A stretch of DNA of 64,000 nucleotides. It comes from Octopus vulgaris. Taxonomy: Eukaryota. Position 1 is the stretch's first letter. Each line of letters starts with the position of its first letter. The stretch is taken from assembly GCA_951406725.2 (NCBI GenBank), contig OX597825.1, positions 1,922,001 to 1,986,000 on the forward strand, in the 5' to 3' direction. Both the position numbers and the translations under genes were made by a program. Positions 1 through 14,432 of the stretch are shown here, piece by piece. Under the pieces are notes generated by a model. It was given only the letters and a program-made list of their open reading frames with translations, was not told where the DNA came from and did no database searches.

Positions 1-2234
1 TTCCATAGTTTTTTAACCCCGGTTCAGACACTTTTAAAAAGAGAATCATGTGTCATATGATAAAGTGTGGGTGTAGGTTCGAGTTCAAAACTGACGCCTT
101 CCTATTGGCTTGGATCATTCTAAGATTTCTTCTTTTCGTTTCCCTGTTGGTTGGTTTCGCCTTCAAGGTTCACTCAGGTATTTTAGCTATCTGATCTCCA
201 CAGAAAGATGACCACTCAAAAGCAGTTAAAGAAACACCAATGCTGTCACACCCAGGAACCAAAACATTTATAAACATTTAATCAACGCAGTACCCAAGAA
301 CACTTCAACATTATATGAGACGAATGAACGGAGGACCCGGCTAATTGCCAAGACCTAGTTACATGAGCCACTGTATCTCTGTCCGGTCTCAATCGTTTGA
401 CCAGAAAGCAAGGTACAAATGCCAGAAGGGTGATGGCAGGACATGCAGAAGAGCAGCAAGTCTTCACCAATATGGATATTATTTAATCTCTGTATGCTCA
501 ACTTGTCAGTTGTCCCGGCAAGGGGTTGGATACTTTGTAATGCATTTTCCTGTCAATTTATTACCGGAAAATAAAACATTACATTAATCTAGCGAGGAAT
601 TCATTAACTGGATTTTGAAAATAAATTTTGAAGTGTGAGTGACATAATAAGAAAGTGCATAAATATAATTACAGAAATTAATAGTTTTATCTGCCAGTAA
701 TTTCCGCGCTGTTTTTACTTTTCATTGTAACTGCCATATTATCTACGCCATGAAGCGTTGATTTTTTTTAGCATTTCTTGCACATTTGGTAAGCTTTAGT
801 CAATGTATTATATTTCATGATACAACGTATCCATATTGGATCTCCTCACAGACCTTCTCTGCTATTCGTTCGGTGTTTGTGCAGTGCATTCTATCATTGC
901 ATAATGAATAATCTGTAATAAGTCTTTTCTTCATCTCAAACTTCCTATTGATTGCACCATATACTTTTGATTATAAGTACTCTGAGACTTGATGTATGTT
1001 ACCATTTTCAGCATATCCCTAATTCGTATTACCTTTGAGATAGGATGCCAAATTACAATAGCTGGAGACTAATGCTTTTCTCAAAGAGTACAGCTATTTA
1101 TGAAGAAATGGAATATTGAACCTTTCTGAGAGACCCGGGCCTTAAATGCTTAAAGGTTCTGATAAAAGCACAGTATATTGTTACTGACCTGGTAATCTAC
1201 AGTTGTCCCGAAATCTGCTAAACAACAGCTGTCTACAGTTTTGCTGCGAAAGCCGTGCGACCGGGTATCCTGACTCGCGCAGACAGTATAAGTAGAATGC
1301 ACGATGCGTTTCCTTTGGTTATTCACTCTTCGCTAAATGTTGCAAATGGCAGCTGGTGGATTTCAGTAAAGTTCACTGTAAATCTATTTTAAGGTAGGCC
1401 AGACAGATATACAATATATTTTTCTTTTTTTTATATTTTGTGAAATCATCCTAAAAAAGGCCTGTAGCCCAATTCTAGACAATGTATTTGAGGATAGGAA
1501 GGAAGTTGCATTAATGCCACAAAAGCTCTCTATATATACATGCATATTTAAGATAGCAAATAAAAGATGGCAATAAAAACATTAATGAAATACGATTAGA
1601 TGGTAATAAAAGAACTAATAAAAAAAATTGTCGGTAATAAAATTCAGTAAATGAGATAACAAAAAAAAAAGAAGAAAAACGAAAAAGGCGCCGATAAAAC
1701 ACAATAAATGGAAATGGTATTAGAGGAACCGATAAAAATATTAGAATAAAAGAAATTGCCGACATTAGTAAGGGTACTTCTTAATACGGAATTTAAAGAG
1801 ATCAAGGTCATAGTCTGCGGTAAATCAATTGGGAGAGATTCTATTCTTCAATTCAGCTGTTCTGAGAAAATGTAAACTTTGTTGTTGGGACTTGTAGTGC
1901 ATCCCTGACATATCCAGGAAGTAAGAAAGCAATTCACCAAATATGGCAACCGTAATACTGATGAGAATTTCTCAGGTCGACAATAACAGGTAATGACACG
2001 CATCTCAACACCTGACGGTACAATGGAGCAAACTTCAGATCAACTATTGGGTGGGACAGTTCAGCATATGAACTCTTTCAAGTCCATGACTTGTAGGTTT
2101 TCATATACTGAGGGAATCGGTGGTTGAATTCGTTGGCTTTAAGTCGCATGTAATTCCTCGGGATAGGATCCTGTCATGTAATAGTTGTCCCAATGAACAC
2201 TGATTTCGAAAAGCAGAATCACTTCTTTCATTTT

Positions 2235-2385
2235 TGGAATGTTTTACAAATCTTCATTGTGCCACGTATAAATTGGATTTGGAGAATCCGCGTCAGTTTC
2301 ATTTGTTCTTTTTCCGTGGATCCGAGTTTTTCTAGTTTTTTTTGCGCAAATTATTGGTACAAAACCTAATGCACTTATAATGATA
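2235..2385 (-). mobile_element. R4/Dong-like (RLE-type) non-LTR retrotransposon, C-terminal fragment
   Basis: Minus-strand translation with one frameshift gives [10 protein letters not shown]...[35 protein letters not shown], homologous to the ORF at 46192-46455 (IIIEALGYVT...LEKLGF...QIQGTTGTK). Confidence 0.75.
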
Positions 2386-2485
2386 TGTATGCATGCATAT
2401 ATGTATGTATGTATTTATGTAAGTATGCATGTGTGTACACATATAATCAAAAAGTGCTTTAAGTAAAATAAAAACATATACACAC

Positions 2486-2664
2486 ATGCATCCATCTATC
2501 CATCCATGCAACCATCCATGCATCCATCCATCCATCCGTCCATCCATCCATCCATCCATCCATCTATCCATCCATCCATCCATCCATCCATACATACATA
2601 CATACATACATACATACATACATACATACATACATACATACATACATACATACATACATACATA
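2486..2664. repeat. Compound microsatellite (CATC)n-(CATA)n
   Basis: Read directly from the sequence. Confidence 0.98.
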
Positions 2665-3084
2665 CGTATAAATGGAACAAAAACGCAATGGAGGACAATA
2701 AAACATTCGGGCAGATAGACGATACAAAGGCGGACAAGAGAAACAACAATTAGAAGGACAAGCGAAAAAAGGACGGATCATTCTTTCCTCAGTTAAGTAC
2801 CAGAAGTCACGACCGTTTTGGGCAGTTACACTTAAGACGGTTCGATCTGGTTGCCTCCCCAAAAGTCTAAGCTAAGAGCATTAGATCCCTTTGTAAGAAA
2901 GTTAGCGAATGTGTACGGCAACAAAGACAAAAAATGGAGAGCATGGTACACAAAAAGACCTAAAACGGAGAACATGGTACACAATTACGAATACAAACAA
3001 GAAAATAACAACATGTGTCTTTCGACTGAGAACAAATCAACTTGAGCTGGCGTGTATGAAGTGAAAGCCTGAAGGCAGGAACAT

Positions 3085-3935
3085 AGGAGATGAACATAAG
3101 AGGTGTTGGTGGTCGGCAGTCAGGCCAAGAAAGAAAGATCATGGCTGGCTGGCTGGACTCAGATTCATTTGAAAAAAGACAAGCAGCCCCTGACGAACGA
3201 GGATTTGGTGGAGCTTCACGAGCAGCAAAATAAAAAAGAGGAGGAAGTTGAATCTGAGCCACGTCACTTCACCGTTAAGAAAATGTGGCAAGCATTTGCA
3301 TATATCGAAAAAGGTATTTCTATGTTCGAGGATATGGATCCAAATACTCAATGCTTTCCCAAGATTATGGGGGCTTGTCACGAAGCTTTTGGTCCTTATA
3401 ATATAATCCTTGAGGAATAGAAGACAGTTTAAGGAACTCTCAACTGTTTTTTTAAGTGCAACGAACAACAAGAACAGCCAGAGTCAGCTGCCGATTTTGA
3501 CGATCCACAGCCATCTGCATCCGCGATGTAAACCACCAAATCGTATGTACGTATTGGTAAATTAAAAATAATTAGTTTGTTTTACTATTGCAAAATAATA
3601 ATAATTACTGAATTTGTTTATTAAGCTTAAAAAGGTTTTTAATTTACCATGTCTTATTGCAAACCGCATTCATAAATAAAGCGTCCACCATGTACGGTAA
3701 ACACCATCAAACTGCATTCGTAAATTTAGATTACTTTTTTTTTTTACTGTACTGTATTAAAAATTAAAAATTATTTGTTTGTAAGCTTAAAATAGGTTTT
3801 CCTTAAACATGTATTATTGAAAATCCATTCATAAAGTACAAAACTGGTTATTATCGGTTTAGCTTAGAGACAAGTTAATTCGACTTAAGTCGTGTCTCCT
3901 GGAACCAATTAACGACGGAGGGTGAGGTATGCCTT
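3085..3935 (+). mobile_element. Tigger/pogo DNA transposon 3' remnant with right TIR
   Basis: ORF 3103-3420 (LTNEDLVELHEQQ...EPRHFT...FEDMDPN...YNIILEE) resembles the Tigger transposase C-terminus. It ends GAGGTATGCCTT-TA (3924-3937), the reverse complement of a Tigger1-type TA-CAGGCATACCTC terminus with one mismatch. Confidence 0.85.
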
Positions 3936-6399
3936 TATATACAAATATATGTATGTATGTATATATGTATGTATGTATGTATATATATATATATATATCA
4001 TATTTTATAGTTAGGTATTCCACCATGTTTTGTAGAATAATTTTACGTACGTGTTCTCTATCTTTTCACACATTCTCTTATTCCTAATCTCCGTTTCTTT
4101 TCTTTTTTCTCTCAATCCCAGCATTTGTATAGAAACCACCCACTGTCTAACAATTTCCTAAATATTCCTCGGACTTTCTCATTTGCTGTCGCTAAGTCAC
4201 AGTTTTTTTCTTTCATCTCCTTTCCTTTCTCTTTCAATATCTCAAATTCACTTACTTTCTCTCAAAAACAAAGGAAAGAAAGAAAAAAACAAACTTTTAT
4301 TCATTCCACTCTTTAAAATACTAAACATTTTCTAAAGAACCAAATTCTGCCAAAATCTATCTCTTTCTGTCTCATTTGCTCTCACTCTCAGGACTCCTTT
4401 TCTCTGTTACTACCTCTCTCTCTCTCTCTCTCTCCCACTCTGTCACTCTCCCTCTTACTTTCCCTGTCTATTAATCTCAATCTCCAACAAACTCTAAAAT
4501 TTGCTTTCCTTCTTTCCTTCTCTATGTCAGTAGACATGCACCTCCTCCATATTTGAAGAACATTTTCAAAATCTCATTTCACACCCTTTACTCTTACTAA
4601 CTCTCTCCCCAACTCCTCTCCTCCTCCCCCTCTCTCTCTGTCTCTCTGTCTCTCTTTCACATACATTTTTCCCTCCCTTTGTAAGCCTTCCCTTCACTCT
4701 AATCCAGCTTATGTAAAAATAATGCTGCTCACATTTTTTAATTACTTTATTGACTTCCAATCATTTCCTCTAGTTGTCTGTGTGTTTTTATCATTATCAC
4801 TTTCCCCGTGGTTAATTAACTGCTTCAATCAATGAGAAACTTTTCTAATTTACTTTATTCCAACAATTCAAGACATAACCGTTCCTACTTATTTAAACAT
4901 TACCTTTTGCTTTTTTTTCTTCTTTCTCTCCTTGTTTCTCTCTCTCTCTTTTTGATAATTGTTCAGCTATTTCTCGCTGTATAACCTTTAATTCGTACCA
5001 ACTATTTCAACAATACCAGCCAGTAAGAGTCTCTTCTTTCTAATGTCGTTTGACTGCTCTTCTTTACTCACTCCCACAATACTAAAAAGAAGGCACGCCA
5101 GCTCTGTCTGCCGCTTATCTTTGTACCCATCTCATATATAGATTTGAGTGTCGCTATATGTATACATGTACGTACAGATATACATGACTATCAACACTTA
5201 TGCATGTGTACAGTGTAAGTTGCCAAACTGGTACGTACACTTGTGTTCGATGGGGAAGCCTACTGCCAGTTGTTACTCTGAGGCAAATAAGCCCGAAACG
5301 TAGGTACATCTGCTTTTGGGTAATGTTCTCGGTCATCTTTCAAAACTGAATTCACTATAAACGTATCCATCTGCTGGAATGATTTTTACTTCAGTGAATA
5401 TAACGTCGCTACTAAAACTTAGATCCAGCGAGTTTCCTAATATTTTAAGTCAGTTGGTTAAGCGGAACATTTACATGCAACTGTCTTTGAAACAGCTGGA
5501 GTAACATTTAAGCAATATACAACTAAATGTACAACTTCTATATTTCGGAATGTTTGATTTCAAAACGTTTCGGAATTAATGACATTCCCATACAAATTAT
5601 ATAATATGTATATTACAATAAATGATACAAGTATATTAGTTCGGGCACAGTGCAAGATACTGGTCTGTTCAAGGGACCAGAAAACTGGTCTGGCAGTGGC
5701 GGGAATTTGAAGTACCTATTTGTAAATAAGTGTAGAATACAAGAGCTTCCAGACGATAAGAGTCTGGAAAGTTGGTGTTGTACCCGGAATATAAAATATT
5801 AGATATACTTGGGCAAAAACATCTTTCAATGGTGTTTGGAAAAGAATGTGTCATATTGTAGCTAATGAAAGGCATAGGATAAAAACTGAAGCAGTTTCAA
5901 ACAGTGTTACCTTCGTAGAAATGTGACAGATGTCAGGTGAAAAGAAGTGAGCGCGTGCGTTTGTGAAAGATGTGAATGTATGGGAGAAGAGAGGTGGAAG
6001 GGAGACGTACGTGGAAGTAGTGCTCATGCGTGAAGGTGGGATCAGTGAATTGAGAATAGATTTAGGACTTGACTTAGTCAACGAATGATTTAGCGTAGTT
6101 AGGACACATTCTTGTGCTCATGGTCACTTCATTGATGTGTATATATGGAAGGGTACTTACAGGCATATATTTGGACTGTTGCTAAAATATTTTGATAATT
6201 GGTGCTAAATACATAGCATTTATACTTGGATTACAGATGCATACATTGAGTATACACGATTTATTTGCAAGCAGCATTACAGAATTAAAGGAATTACAAA
6301 GATGCAATTAATAAGGAATGTGATCGAAAGCAATAATATTTATAACCAATTCGGCACAAAGCGTAGAACTGTTATAATAAGTAACACTGAATATAATTG

Positions 6400-8400
6400 T
6401 TTTTTCTGTGTTCAAAATCTTAGCTCAGAAATGATCATCACTTCTTCCCATTCTGAAATGTTTCCAGTTGGGTAACACTAAGGCAATTAAGTACTTTTTG
6501 AGTTCACTGCTGATGTTGTGAACCTTTCAAACGTTGATGAATTATTGTGGGCAAGAAGTATAACTAAATTCATTTAAGAAAAACTTAAGTTTTTCTAATT
6601 AAAAGCCCCTGTTGCAGGCAATGACAGAAAAAGGTGTGGAACGCGATAAAGATATTTGACAAAGCTTTGTGAAATTTCAATTCTTGATAAATTTTCTCCG
6701 GTATTTTTATCAAGAATTGAAATTCACATCAAATATTCTTTTATGAAATGCATTTGATTGTTGATGTCACTTGAAATATAACTTGTATAGCATAAATGAA
6801 TCTGATTGAATTTTCTTTTTTGTAGTTGCACATTCTCCTCTAACAGCTTAAAGTGCCACAGAAATCAAAGCTTTCACAAATGACTTTCACTGCTAAAAGT
6901 CGACATGAAAGGACGTTGATAACAAAGTCCATTATGGCGAAGAAGTAATTTTCAGCATCAGCCTTTAGAGTCGAGAAACACCTGTGATTAGCAGAACTAC
7001 CCAACACAGCACCAGATTCGAAACTATAGCGTTTTTTCAAATAAAGCATTCCATTTCTATCCTAGATTCAAGATATCTACTCATAGACAATCAAGGTTGT
7101 CCCTTGCTACGACCGATATTGCACCATGAGAATGTTTACCGAGTTGGTTCCATGGATCAGTGTTAGCATTTTAATCCAAATAGCCGGCATCTTCAATTTA
7201 CATTCAAAGACATCTCGGTACTTTTCGATACCCTGAAGATCCAACTTATACCGTCAAATTGTTGACTTAATTCTTTTCTAATGCTGTATTTCTCACACAA
7301 TCTAAACGGCACGCAATTAATCTTACTCGCCAATTCTTATTCATCATTCATGTTACAGCATGCACAGGATTTGCATTATTCGAAATAATGATGTTTATCC
7401 TTTGCAGGTTTTAGCACAAACTGTATCAATGGCATCAGAATATTATTTGCACAAATGTATTTGTTATTCCTCCTCTTTAAAATAGTTTGCACATTTCTGT
7501 AGTATCCGACCATATGCGAACCGTCGTCAAATGCTCGATCCAATGAGTTCAAATTAAGAATGACTAAGAAGATTACAGTTTTAGGTGCAATTCCTTCGTT
7601 TTGTCATGAAAATTTTTCCTCTTCATACACGTGAGGATGAATAACTACTTTTGTAAGAACAATCAGACGTTCCCTCAGTTGAAATTGGAAATACTTTGCA
7701 GGTTTTATATCGACAGTAATGTTCTTTTTGCACAAATCATCCGCAGGTTGCAGTGAACTCGTTTTGTATATTATTGGATAGGTAGTGTACAGGTATCCTT
7801 GTTGCAGTCTTCTGTGAGACTGAACACGTGTGATACGTTGATTAAATGATGAATCATACTTGATCTGGAGCTTAGCAAAAATTCTGCAAAGTTCCATTAT
7901 GATTGTCACCAATTTGTTCAGATCTGCGAAGAACAAGCCCCCATCCACACACCCCCACCTTCAAAAAGATCTGATATAAATAAGGCAAGGAAGACTTTTT
8001 TGTTTCTATTTCTTATATTTGGCCTTGATCAGGTTAACAATACATCTGTAAATTGCTGTTGAAGCACCGCTTATTCTCGCCTTAAATTTGCTTGTTGAAG
8101 TGAGAATAACTCATGACATGCAATTTGATCCTTCCATTTTCTCCACCCTTTCTCAACTGTCAATCCTAAACGACCCATTAATTCACTCATATACGAAGGT
8201 AAACCGACCCCATTTTAACAAAAGCAAGATGCACGACTCTCTGACGGCTTCACATAACTCCAACGCAGCAAGTCTTCTTTATATATTTTCTCCTTTTTTA
8301 TGTGCTGCTGTAAAAAAACAAAAAGGCCTGGAAGTCACCTGATTGTTTCGTTTTAATCCTTGGGAACATAAGCTTCTAGAATCTCGATAATTCAGTCTCA
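6400..8400 (-). mobile_element. Degraded hAT transposase (ZMYM1/Tip100-like)
   Basis: Broken minus-strand motifs in the expected order: TTF zinc-finger-like W..V..S...SCFC (~8250), ADDLCKKNITVDIKPAKYF (ORF 7604-7948), NYFFAIMDFVINVLSCRL (ORF 6840-7049), and dimerisation-domain-like FLSLPAT...SFS...QRLKG (~6520-6635). Confidence 0.75.
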
Positions 8401-8574
8401 AACTTTTAGAAATAATTCAGTGCCAGTCTTAATCCTTTCATCAGTAAATGCAATGTTGATTTCTGACGTGGAGTCTTTTCCAGTTGTGGAGCTTTTCCTT
8501 TTTCGTAATTATTCCCACCAGCTTTAAATAGCAATTGTGCTTCAGTTTATAATAAGTAAACTTTATTTTTTACT

Positions 8575-8815
8575 TATTTTAATCATTAGACTGCAGTCAC
8601 CCTGGGGTAGCACTTTGAAAGAATTTAGTCGAACGAATTGACCCTAGTACACATCGGTCTGTTTTCCCGAGCTGCAAAGTAACGGGGACGTAAACAAAAC
8701 AACCCCGGTTGTAAGGCAGTTGATAGAAGACTCTTGCCCTAGATGACTCGCAGTATGTCTGAAACCGGAACATGTTGTAGGAAAGCCAACTTCCTACAAC
8801 ACAGCCACCATGCGC
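8575..8815 (-). mobile_element. tRNA-derived SINE family A, internally deleted
   Basis: Reverse complement matches the head (GTGGCTGTGT..TAGGAAG) and tail (GTTTACGTCCCCGT...CAGTCTAATGATT) of the copies at 27835 and 29321. Confidence 0.75.
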
Positions 8816-9215
8816 GCTCGAGCGTGTTTGTGTGTAGCTATAAACTTATTTTGCCTCATAAATTTGCTGCTATGGCTGATCCAACCCCAAGATAATCAAG
8901 ATTATCGTGCTTACCCTGAATCCCGTTGCTGGTGATGGCTGGTCATTAGTCATTCGCTCATTGCTTTCCAGAGCTTCATCTTGCATTGGCATATTCTGTC
9001 TCTGCTGCAGGGGTTTTTCTTTTTATATTCTTCAACCATTTTCCCAGAATTGAACTACAAAAGTAAAATATAAATATTAAGTGACAAATGCAACAAAAAT
9101 CAATGTTTGTAACATTTTATTCATTTCTTTTCCGTTGGTTAAAAATAAACTATAAATGTTACAACGTGTATGGCTTAGCTACGAACCAGGAGTGACATAT
9201 ATGCGTGTGTGTATG

Positions 9216-9251
<36 letters not shown>

Positions 9252-10849
9252 AATGTGTGTCTATATGCATAAACCTGTGTGTATGAGTGTTGCACAATTT
9301 AAAAAATATTCTGCTATATTTTATATAGAATTATAAAATTTTATTGTTGCAAAAAAGGATATTAGGAAATAATACTAAGACGTTCCAACCATGACCATTA
9401 ATCACAATAACGTTTTATATATGTATACAGATGTATACATGTATACATCTGTAAATGGTAAATGTATATATAAATGTCTGTGTATATTTACACACACACA
9501 CAAACGCACGCACACACACACACAAACGCATGCACACACACACACACATACACACACACACACATTTTATCGAGAAATGTTTCCTTGTATTTAATACAAA
9601 AACTTGTTTCCTATTCTCGCGGTCAATGGAAGCAAGTTAAATTTTACCGTTTTTATATGAAATATAAAATAAAAGACTTTTTTGGCGAAGCAGCGTATAA
9701 AATGGAAAAAAATTACATTTGCTAGTTTTGCTTGGCGCTGCAGGTTTAGATTTTATTTCTTTTTCATTTGAGTGGGTGTGTTTGTGCGTATGTGTGCATG
9801 TGTGTGTTTGTGCGTATGTGCGCATGTGTGTGTTTGTTGAAAATTGTAAACAGCGCAAAATATTATTTTTAAAACATCATTACAACACAAATAAAGATTA
9901 TAGCGAAACAGTTTATGATAATACAAAACATAAGTGAAGAATTACTATTGACATTTGCTCTTAACCGTGCATAAAGAAGCAGAAAACGCTCGTCTGTTGT
10001 TGCTATTACATGTTTGTTCGATGTATTAATACTAGCAGGCAAGCTTAAGAAGAAAATAAAAGAACAATTTAAATATTTTATATGCGTTTATGTATTCGTT
10101 TTTGTCTTCATTTTGAAATATTTTGCTAAATGAATTCTTCCAAAAATATTTACGGCGTGGAGGTGTGGTCCATAGTCAAATTAGCATATAGATAGAAATT
10201 ACAGTAACAAAACTGAAAACAGTTCTCAGTGAAGAAGTGATTTGATTTTGGAATCGCTGTTAAAAATATATGAGTAATTATATCAAAACTGGTATTTAAG
10301 AATTCTTTTTAAACTGATCCAACAGATCACTCTTTTGCTTCTGATGCGGAGGATAGGACCCTTTCTCAAAAAAATATTTTTCAGGAGCCATACACCAACT
10401 AACACTGCAACGTCAGATGCTTTCTCGAGACGAATTCCGCAGTTTAGAAGGCTTTCAACAGAATGTATATTTTAAGTGCGTATACAGATCGCTAATCTCA
10501 ACTAATACGGAAATTGTAATTCGACCTGTCGGTTAGATGCGGCATCTAAGACCTTTCAGTGCCTGCTTTACATCATCAGCTAACCAGCGATGTTTGCTTG
10601 GCATGTGGTGACAGTGAATATTTACTTCTGATAAAGCTAAAACAAAGCAGAAACCCGTATCTAGCAATGCCACCAACCTTGTCAGACGATCTTTGCCTGG
10701 GATTTCTTTTAACGCAATGTATCTATACAAGATAGTTTCTGGAGATGAACAGCACAGCTTAGAAGGTTTTCTACAGTATTTATGTTCTAAGTATGGATAC
10801 AGATCGGTAATATATGTATGTTTACAAACACACGCACACACTCACATTT

Positions 10850-10909
10850 GTGTGTGTGTGTGTGTGTGCACGTGTATCTCTCTGTCTCTGTCTCTGTCTC
10901 TGTCTCTCT

Positions 10910-10975
<66 letters not shown>
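10850..10975. repeat. Compound microsatellite (GT)n-(CTGTCT)n-(CT)n-(TA)n
   Basis: Read directly from the sequence. Confidence 0.95.
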
Positions 10976-11000
10976 GTATATATATACACACATACATATA

Positions 11001-11300
11001 CTGGGGTTGGACAAAATAATGGAGACACCTTAAAATTTCAAACAAATTTATTTTAATATAGGTTAAGACCGCTTTTGGTAGTAATTGCAGCATGAATTCT
11101 ACGAGGTACAGACTCGTGCAAAGTTTGAATTGTTCCCAAAGAATTTTTGTTCATTCTTCAGTTAAAATAGTCTCCAGTTCTTGTACTGATGATGGTGGAG
11201 GATATCAACTCCTTACTTGTTTTTCTAAAATGCACCATAGATGTTCAATAATATTGAGATCTGGGGACTGTGGTGGCCAGATAAGATGTTCAACTTCACT
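11001..11300 (-). mobile_element. Tc1-like (DD34E) transposon 3' end
   Basis: TA followed by the TIR-like CTGGGGTTGGACAAAATAATGGAGACACC at 11001. The minus strand encodes EVEHLIWPPQSPDLNIIEHLWCILEKQVRS, the Tc1 WPxQSPDLNxIE motif. Confidence 0.92.
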
Positions 11301-11845
11301 AGACTTGGATTCCAAATCAAGTTTTTTTTCCACCTTAATGTCTAATTTGATGAGTTTCATCAATTTCTTCTCTTTAACTGCATGGTACTTAAATATATCA
11401 GGAAGAGAGCCACTGTAGCAGATCGGAAAACTACACAGAATAGTTTATGTTGAGCTTTTAGACTTAGACGAGTTTTGTATCATGTATCGCTTTTCCTTTT
11501 TAAAATTTTTGTTGCACTTTTGATCTTTCTGGTGTCTAAGGATAGACATTGATGTGTATGATTACTTTTGAAATATAATTCTGGAAAATTGATTCAGCAA
11601 CTTTATATTATTTTGTCTTACTCGTTTTGCCCCACCTAAATTTGTCTTTTTTTACGCTCAAAGAGAACGAAGATAATTTTCTGATATAGTGTTTCGAATA
11701 TGCAATGCTGTTTTTAATTTACTTAGAGAAGGTTATTTGTTTAGCTGATATAGTTTGTGTAAGGTAATGAACATTTGTAAAAAGATCATTTTTATTGAAA
11801 GTAAAAACTGCAGTAAATATTACACTGTCCGCCACCCCTTATAAG

Positions 11846-11891
<46 letters not shown>

Positions 11892-11904
11892 TGTATATAT
11901 ATCA

Positions 11905-12360
11905 CAACATCACTTTATCGATCAGAATATCAGATGCTTTGGCACACCACTGATCACAATGTGCTTCCAATTCGGCCTTGTGCTGCGTCTTCCGACCACA
12001 TATATTTTATTTTTCTGCGCTTCATTTGAACCCCGCTGCTATGCTATGAGTATCCAGCTCTGCCAGCATGGTCTGCAGCTAGTCTATGGTTCCAACGATG
12101 AGTACATTGTCATCTGCAAATCGGAGGTGTGACGGTTGCCTGCCATTGATGCTCACGCTACCTTTCTCCTCACTATTCCCGGTGAGCCTTTCCGAACATG
12201 CAGTAAAGCGCTTTGCAGGAATGGTATCTTCTTGCTTGTCACGTTTCCCAAGTGGAATTCTTTAATAATGGTGATAGCAGAACTATGTCTGTTGTGCATC
12301 TTGATTTCCGACCTTTGAACGGTTTGGTGTATTACATCTCAACATCTTTCATTTCCAGGG
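11905..12360 (-). mobile_element. RTE-clade LINE fragment (RT core joined to 3' end)
   Basis: Minus strand reads SINGRQPSHLRFADDNVLIVGTID*LQTMLAELDTHSIAAGFK. The 3' end at ~11905-11965 resembles the segment at 45096-45196. Confidence 0.85.
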
Positions 12361-12387
12361 ATTTCAAAACACACACACAGGCACATA

Positions 12388-12433
<46 letters not shown>

Positions 12434-12567
12434 CACACACGCACGCACATAAACACGCGCGCACGCGCACGCAAAAGAACGGTATCGTAATTAAAGTTTT
12501 CCACTTACATAATCTGAATTTCGAAACTTTAGTATTTCAAAAACTATGGTAAACCGGAAATGATATA

Positions 12568-13772
12568 TTGGATTGAGGAATAATTAATGAGCGCTATTTC
12601 AAGTTTAAAAATGTACGCAGAAATAAAACGCATTGGCAACATGTTTTATGTTATTTAAAAGAGAATTTATTTCTCTACAAGGTAGTGTGTTTTAATTTTT
12701 TAAATTTTGTTGACTTTTGTGTATTTTCTGATCATTAAAATGAAATGTCAAGTGGACAAAACTAAGCATTTTCGACGCCATTTGCTTTTTTCATTTAATC
12801 GAGGTGTTAAGGCCGCCGAAGCTGCTTGTGAGATTTGTGTTGTATATGGAGAAGGAGTAATGCCTCAAAGTATCGACCGCCATTGGTTTTCGCGCCTCAA
12901 AAACGGGAATTTTGACCTCAAGGACAGATCAAACACCGTCGTTCAATTGAGTTCGATGAAGAGCGATTAAATCAACTTCTTCACGAAAATCCACATCAAA
13001 CGACCAGAGAATTGGCGGAGCAGATGGATTGTGATAAAAAAAAAAGAAAAAAAACTGTGGTGAACCACTTCCACTCAATGAGCAAAGTTCAGAACCTCGC
13101 CTCTTGGGTGTCACACACTTTGAACGAAAACCTAAAAAATCAACGCTCTACAATCGCCGCCAGGTTGCTTGCTCGACATCGCTCAACACATGGTCACAAA
13201 CAGCGTTTTCTTTACCGCATTGTCACTGGCGATGAGAAATACGTCAATATGAAGCAGCGAAAAGAATGGCTCTGCCCCGACAAATAAGCGACTCCGTGTG
13301 CAAAATAAGACCGATATCCTCGAAAGACCATGTTGTGTGTATGGTGGAACTGGAAAGGCACAATTCACCAGGAACTGCTTGAACGCAATGAAGCAATTCA
13401 GCAAAAAAGATCGAATACGTGAAATGGCGTTCTTGTGCAGCACGACGACGCCCGTCCTCACATTGCCAATAGGACCAAAGGTGCAATTCAACAACTCGAA
13501 TGGGAAGTGCTGCCTTATCCTTCATACTGCCCAGACTTGGTGCCGTCAGATTTTTATCTCTTTCGATCGCTTTCGAACACTTTGTGTATTGTCGTTCAAC
13601 AATGGTGTGGAATTTAGGGCTTGGTTGGACGAATTCTTTGAGCCATGACCGGGAGATTTCTATCGCGGAGGCATCGAAAAACTTATTGAACGATGGGGAG
13701 AAGTCGTAAACAAGTAGTTTTTTGTTCAAAATAAATTTTAAAATAACGCACACGAATTATTCCTCAACCCAA
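12568..13772 (+). mobile_element. mariner (DD34D) transposon with both TIRs; transposase pseudogene
   Basis: TA + TTGGATTGAGGAATAATTAATGAGCG at 12568 and CGCACACGAATTATTCCTCAACCCAA + TA at 13747-13774. ATG at 12740 (MKCQVDKTKHFR...); motifs WVSHTL, IVTGDEK, HDDARPH, YCPDLVPSDFYLF; several frameshifts and deletions. Confidence 0.97.
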
Positions 13773-14398
13773 TAAAAGAGTTCATGAATTATTCCTCAGC
13801 AACATTTTACTTAAAATTGTTTATACTTCAGAAATATTCAGATATCATAGCAAAATTGTAGGATTTTATTTTGGTAAGTAAAAGCTAATTGCCAACATCT
13901 GAGAGGTTCAGAAATAATAGTATTTCTATTTTGATAATTTTAGCAATATATTGAAAACTTATAAGAGTTAACAGTTCGACTTATAGAGATTACCGAGAAT
14001 AAGACCAGAATATTTCAGAAATGTAAAGTGATTTGTATGTGGAACTGAGAGTAATAAATTATTTTCTATCACCCAGGATATTTGAAATACGGTTCAAAAT
14101 GTTTTAGAGATAAATCTTTTAAATGTGAAATTTTAATATCGAAAGTGTTCCGTACGTGAGTCGATCCCTTTAATTAGTCCGTAACGTGTGTGTGTGTGTA
14201 TGCGCGCACTTGTTTGTTTATGTAGTATACATGCATGTGAGTATGCATGTGGTTATACATGTATACATGCGTGCATGCACTTATGCATTTAACAAGAAAG
14301 GACATATGCATTTAAATTGGAAATATGCATATATTTAAATACTGAATTACATACATACATACAAACATACATATATGCATACATACATGCATACACTC

Positions 14399-14432
<34 letters not shown>

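Noticed and set aside
13-1153. Possible piggyBac element (TTAACCCC at the start, ...GCTTAA at 1153)
   Set aside because: The ends are not convincingly inverted and no piggyBac transposase motif was found.
5272-5308. Second hammerhead-like motif CTGAG-GC...GCCCGAAACGTA
   Set aside because: The CUGANGA box is incomplete; at best a dead relic.
5700-6100. Possible L2/CR1 3' fragment on the minus strand
   Set aside because: Only compositional resemblance; no motif could be read with confidence.
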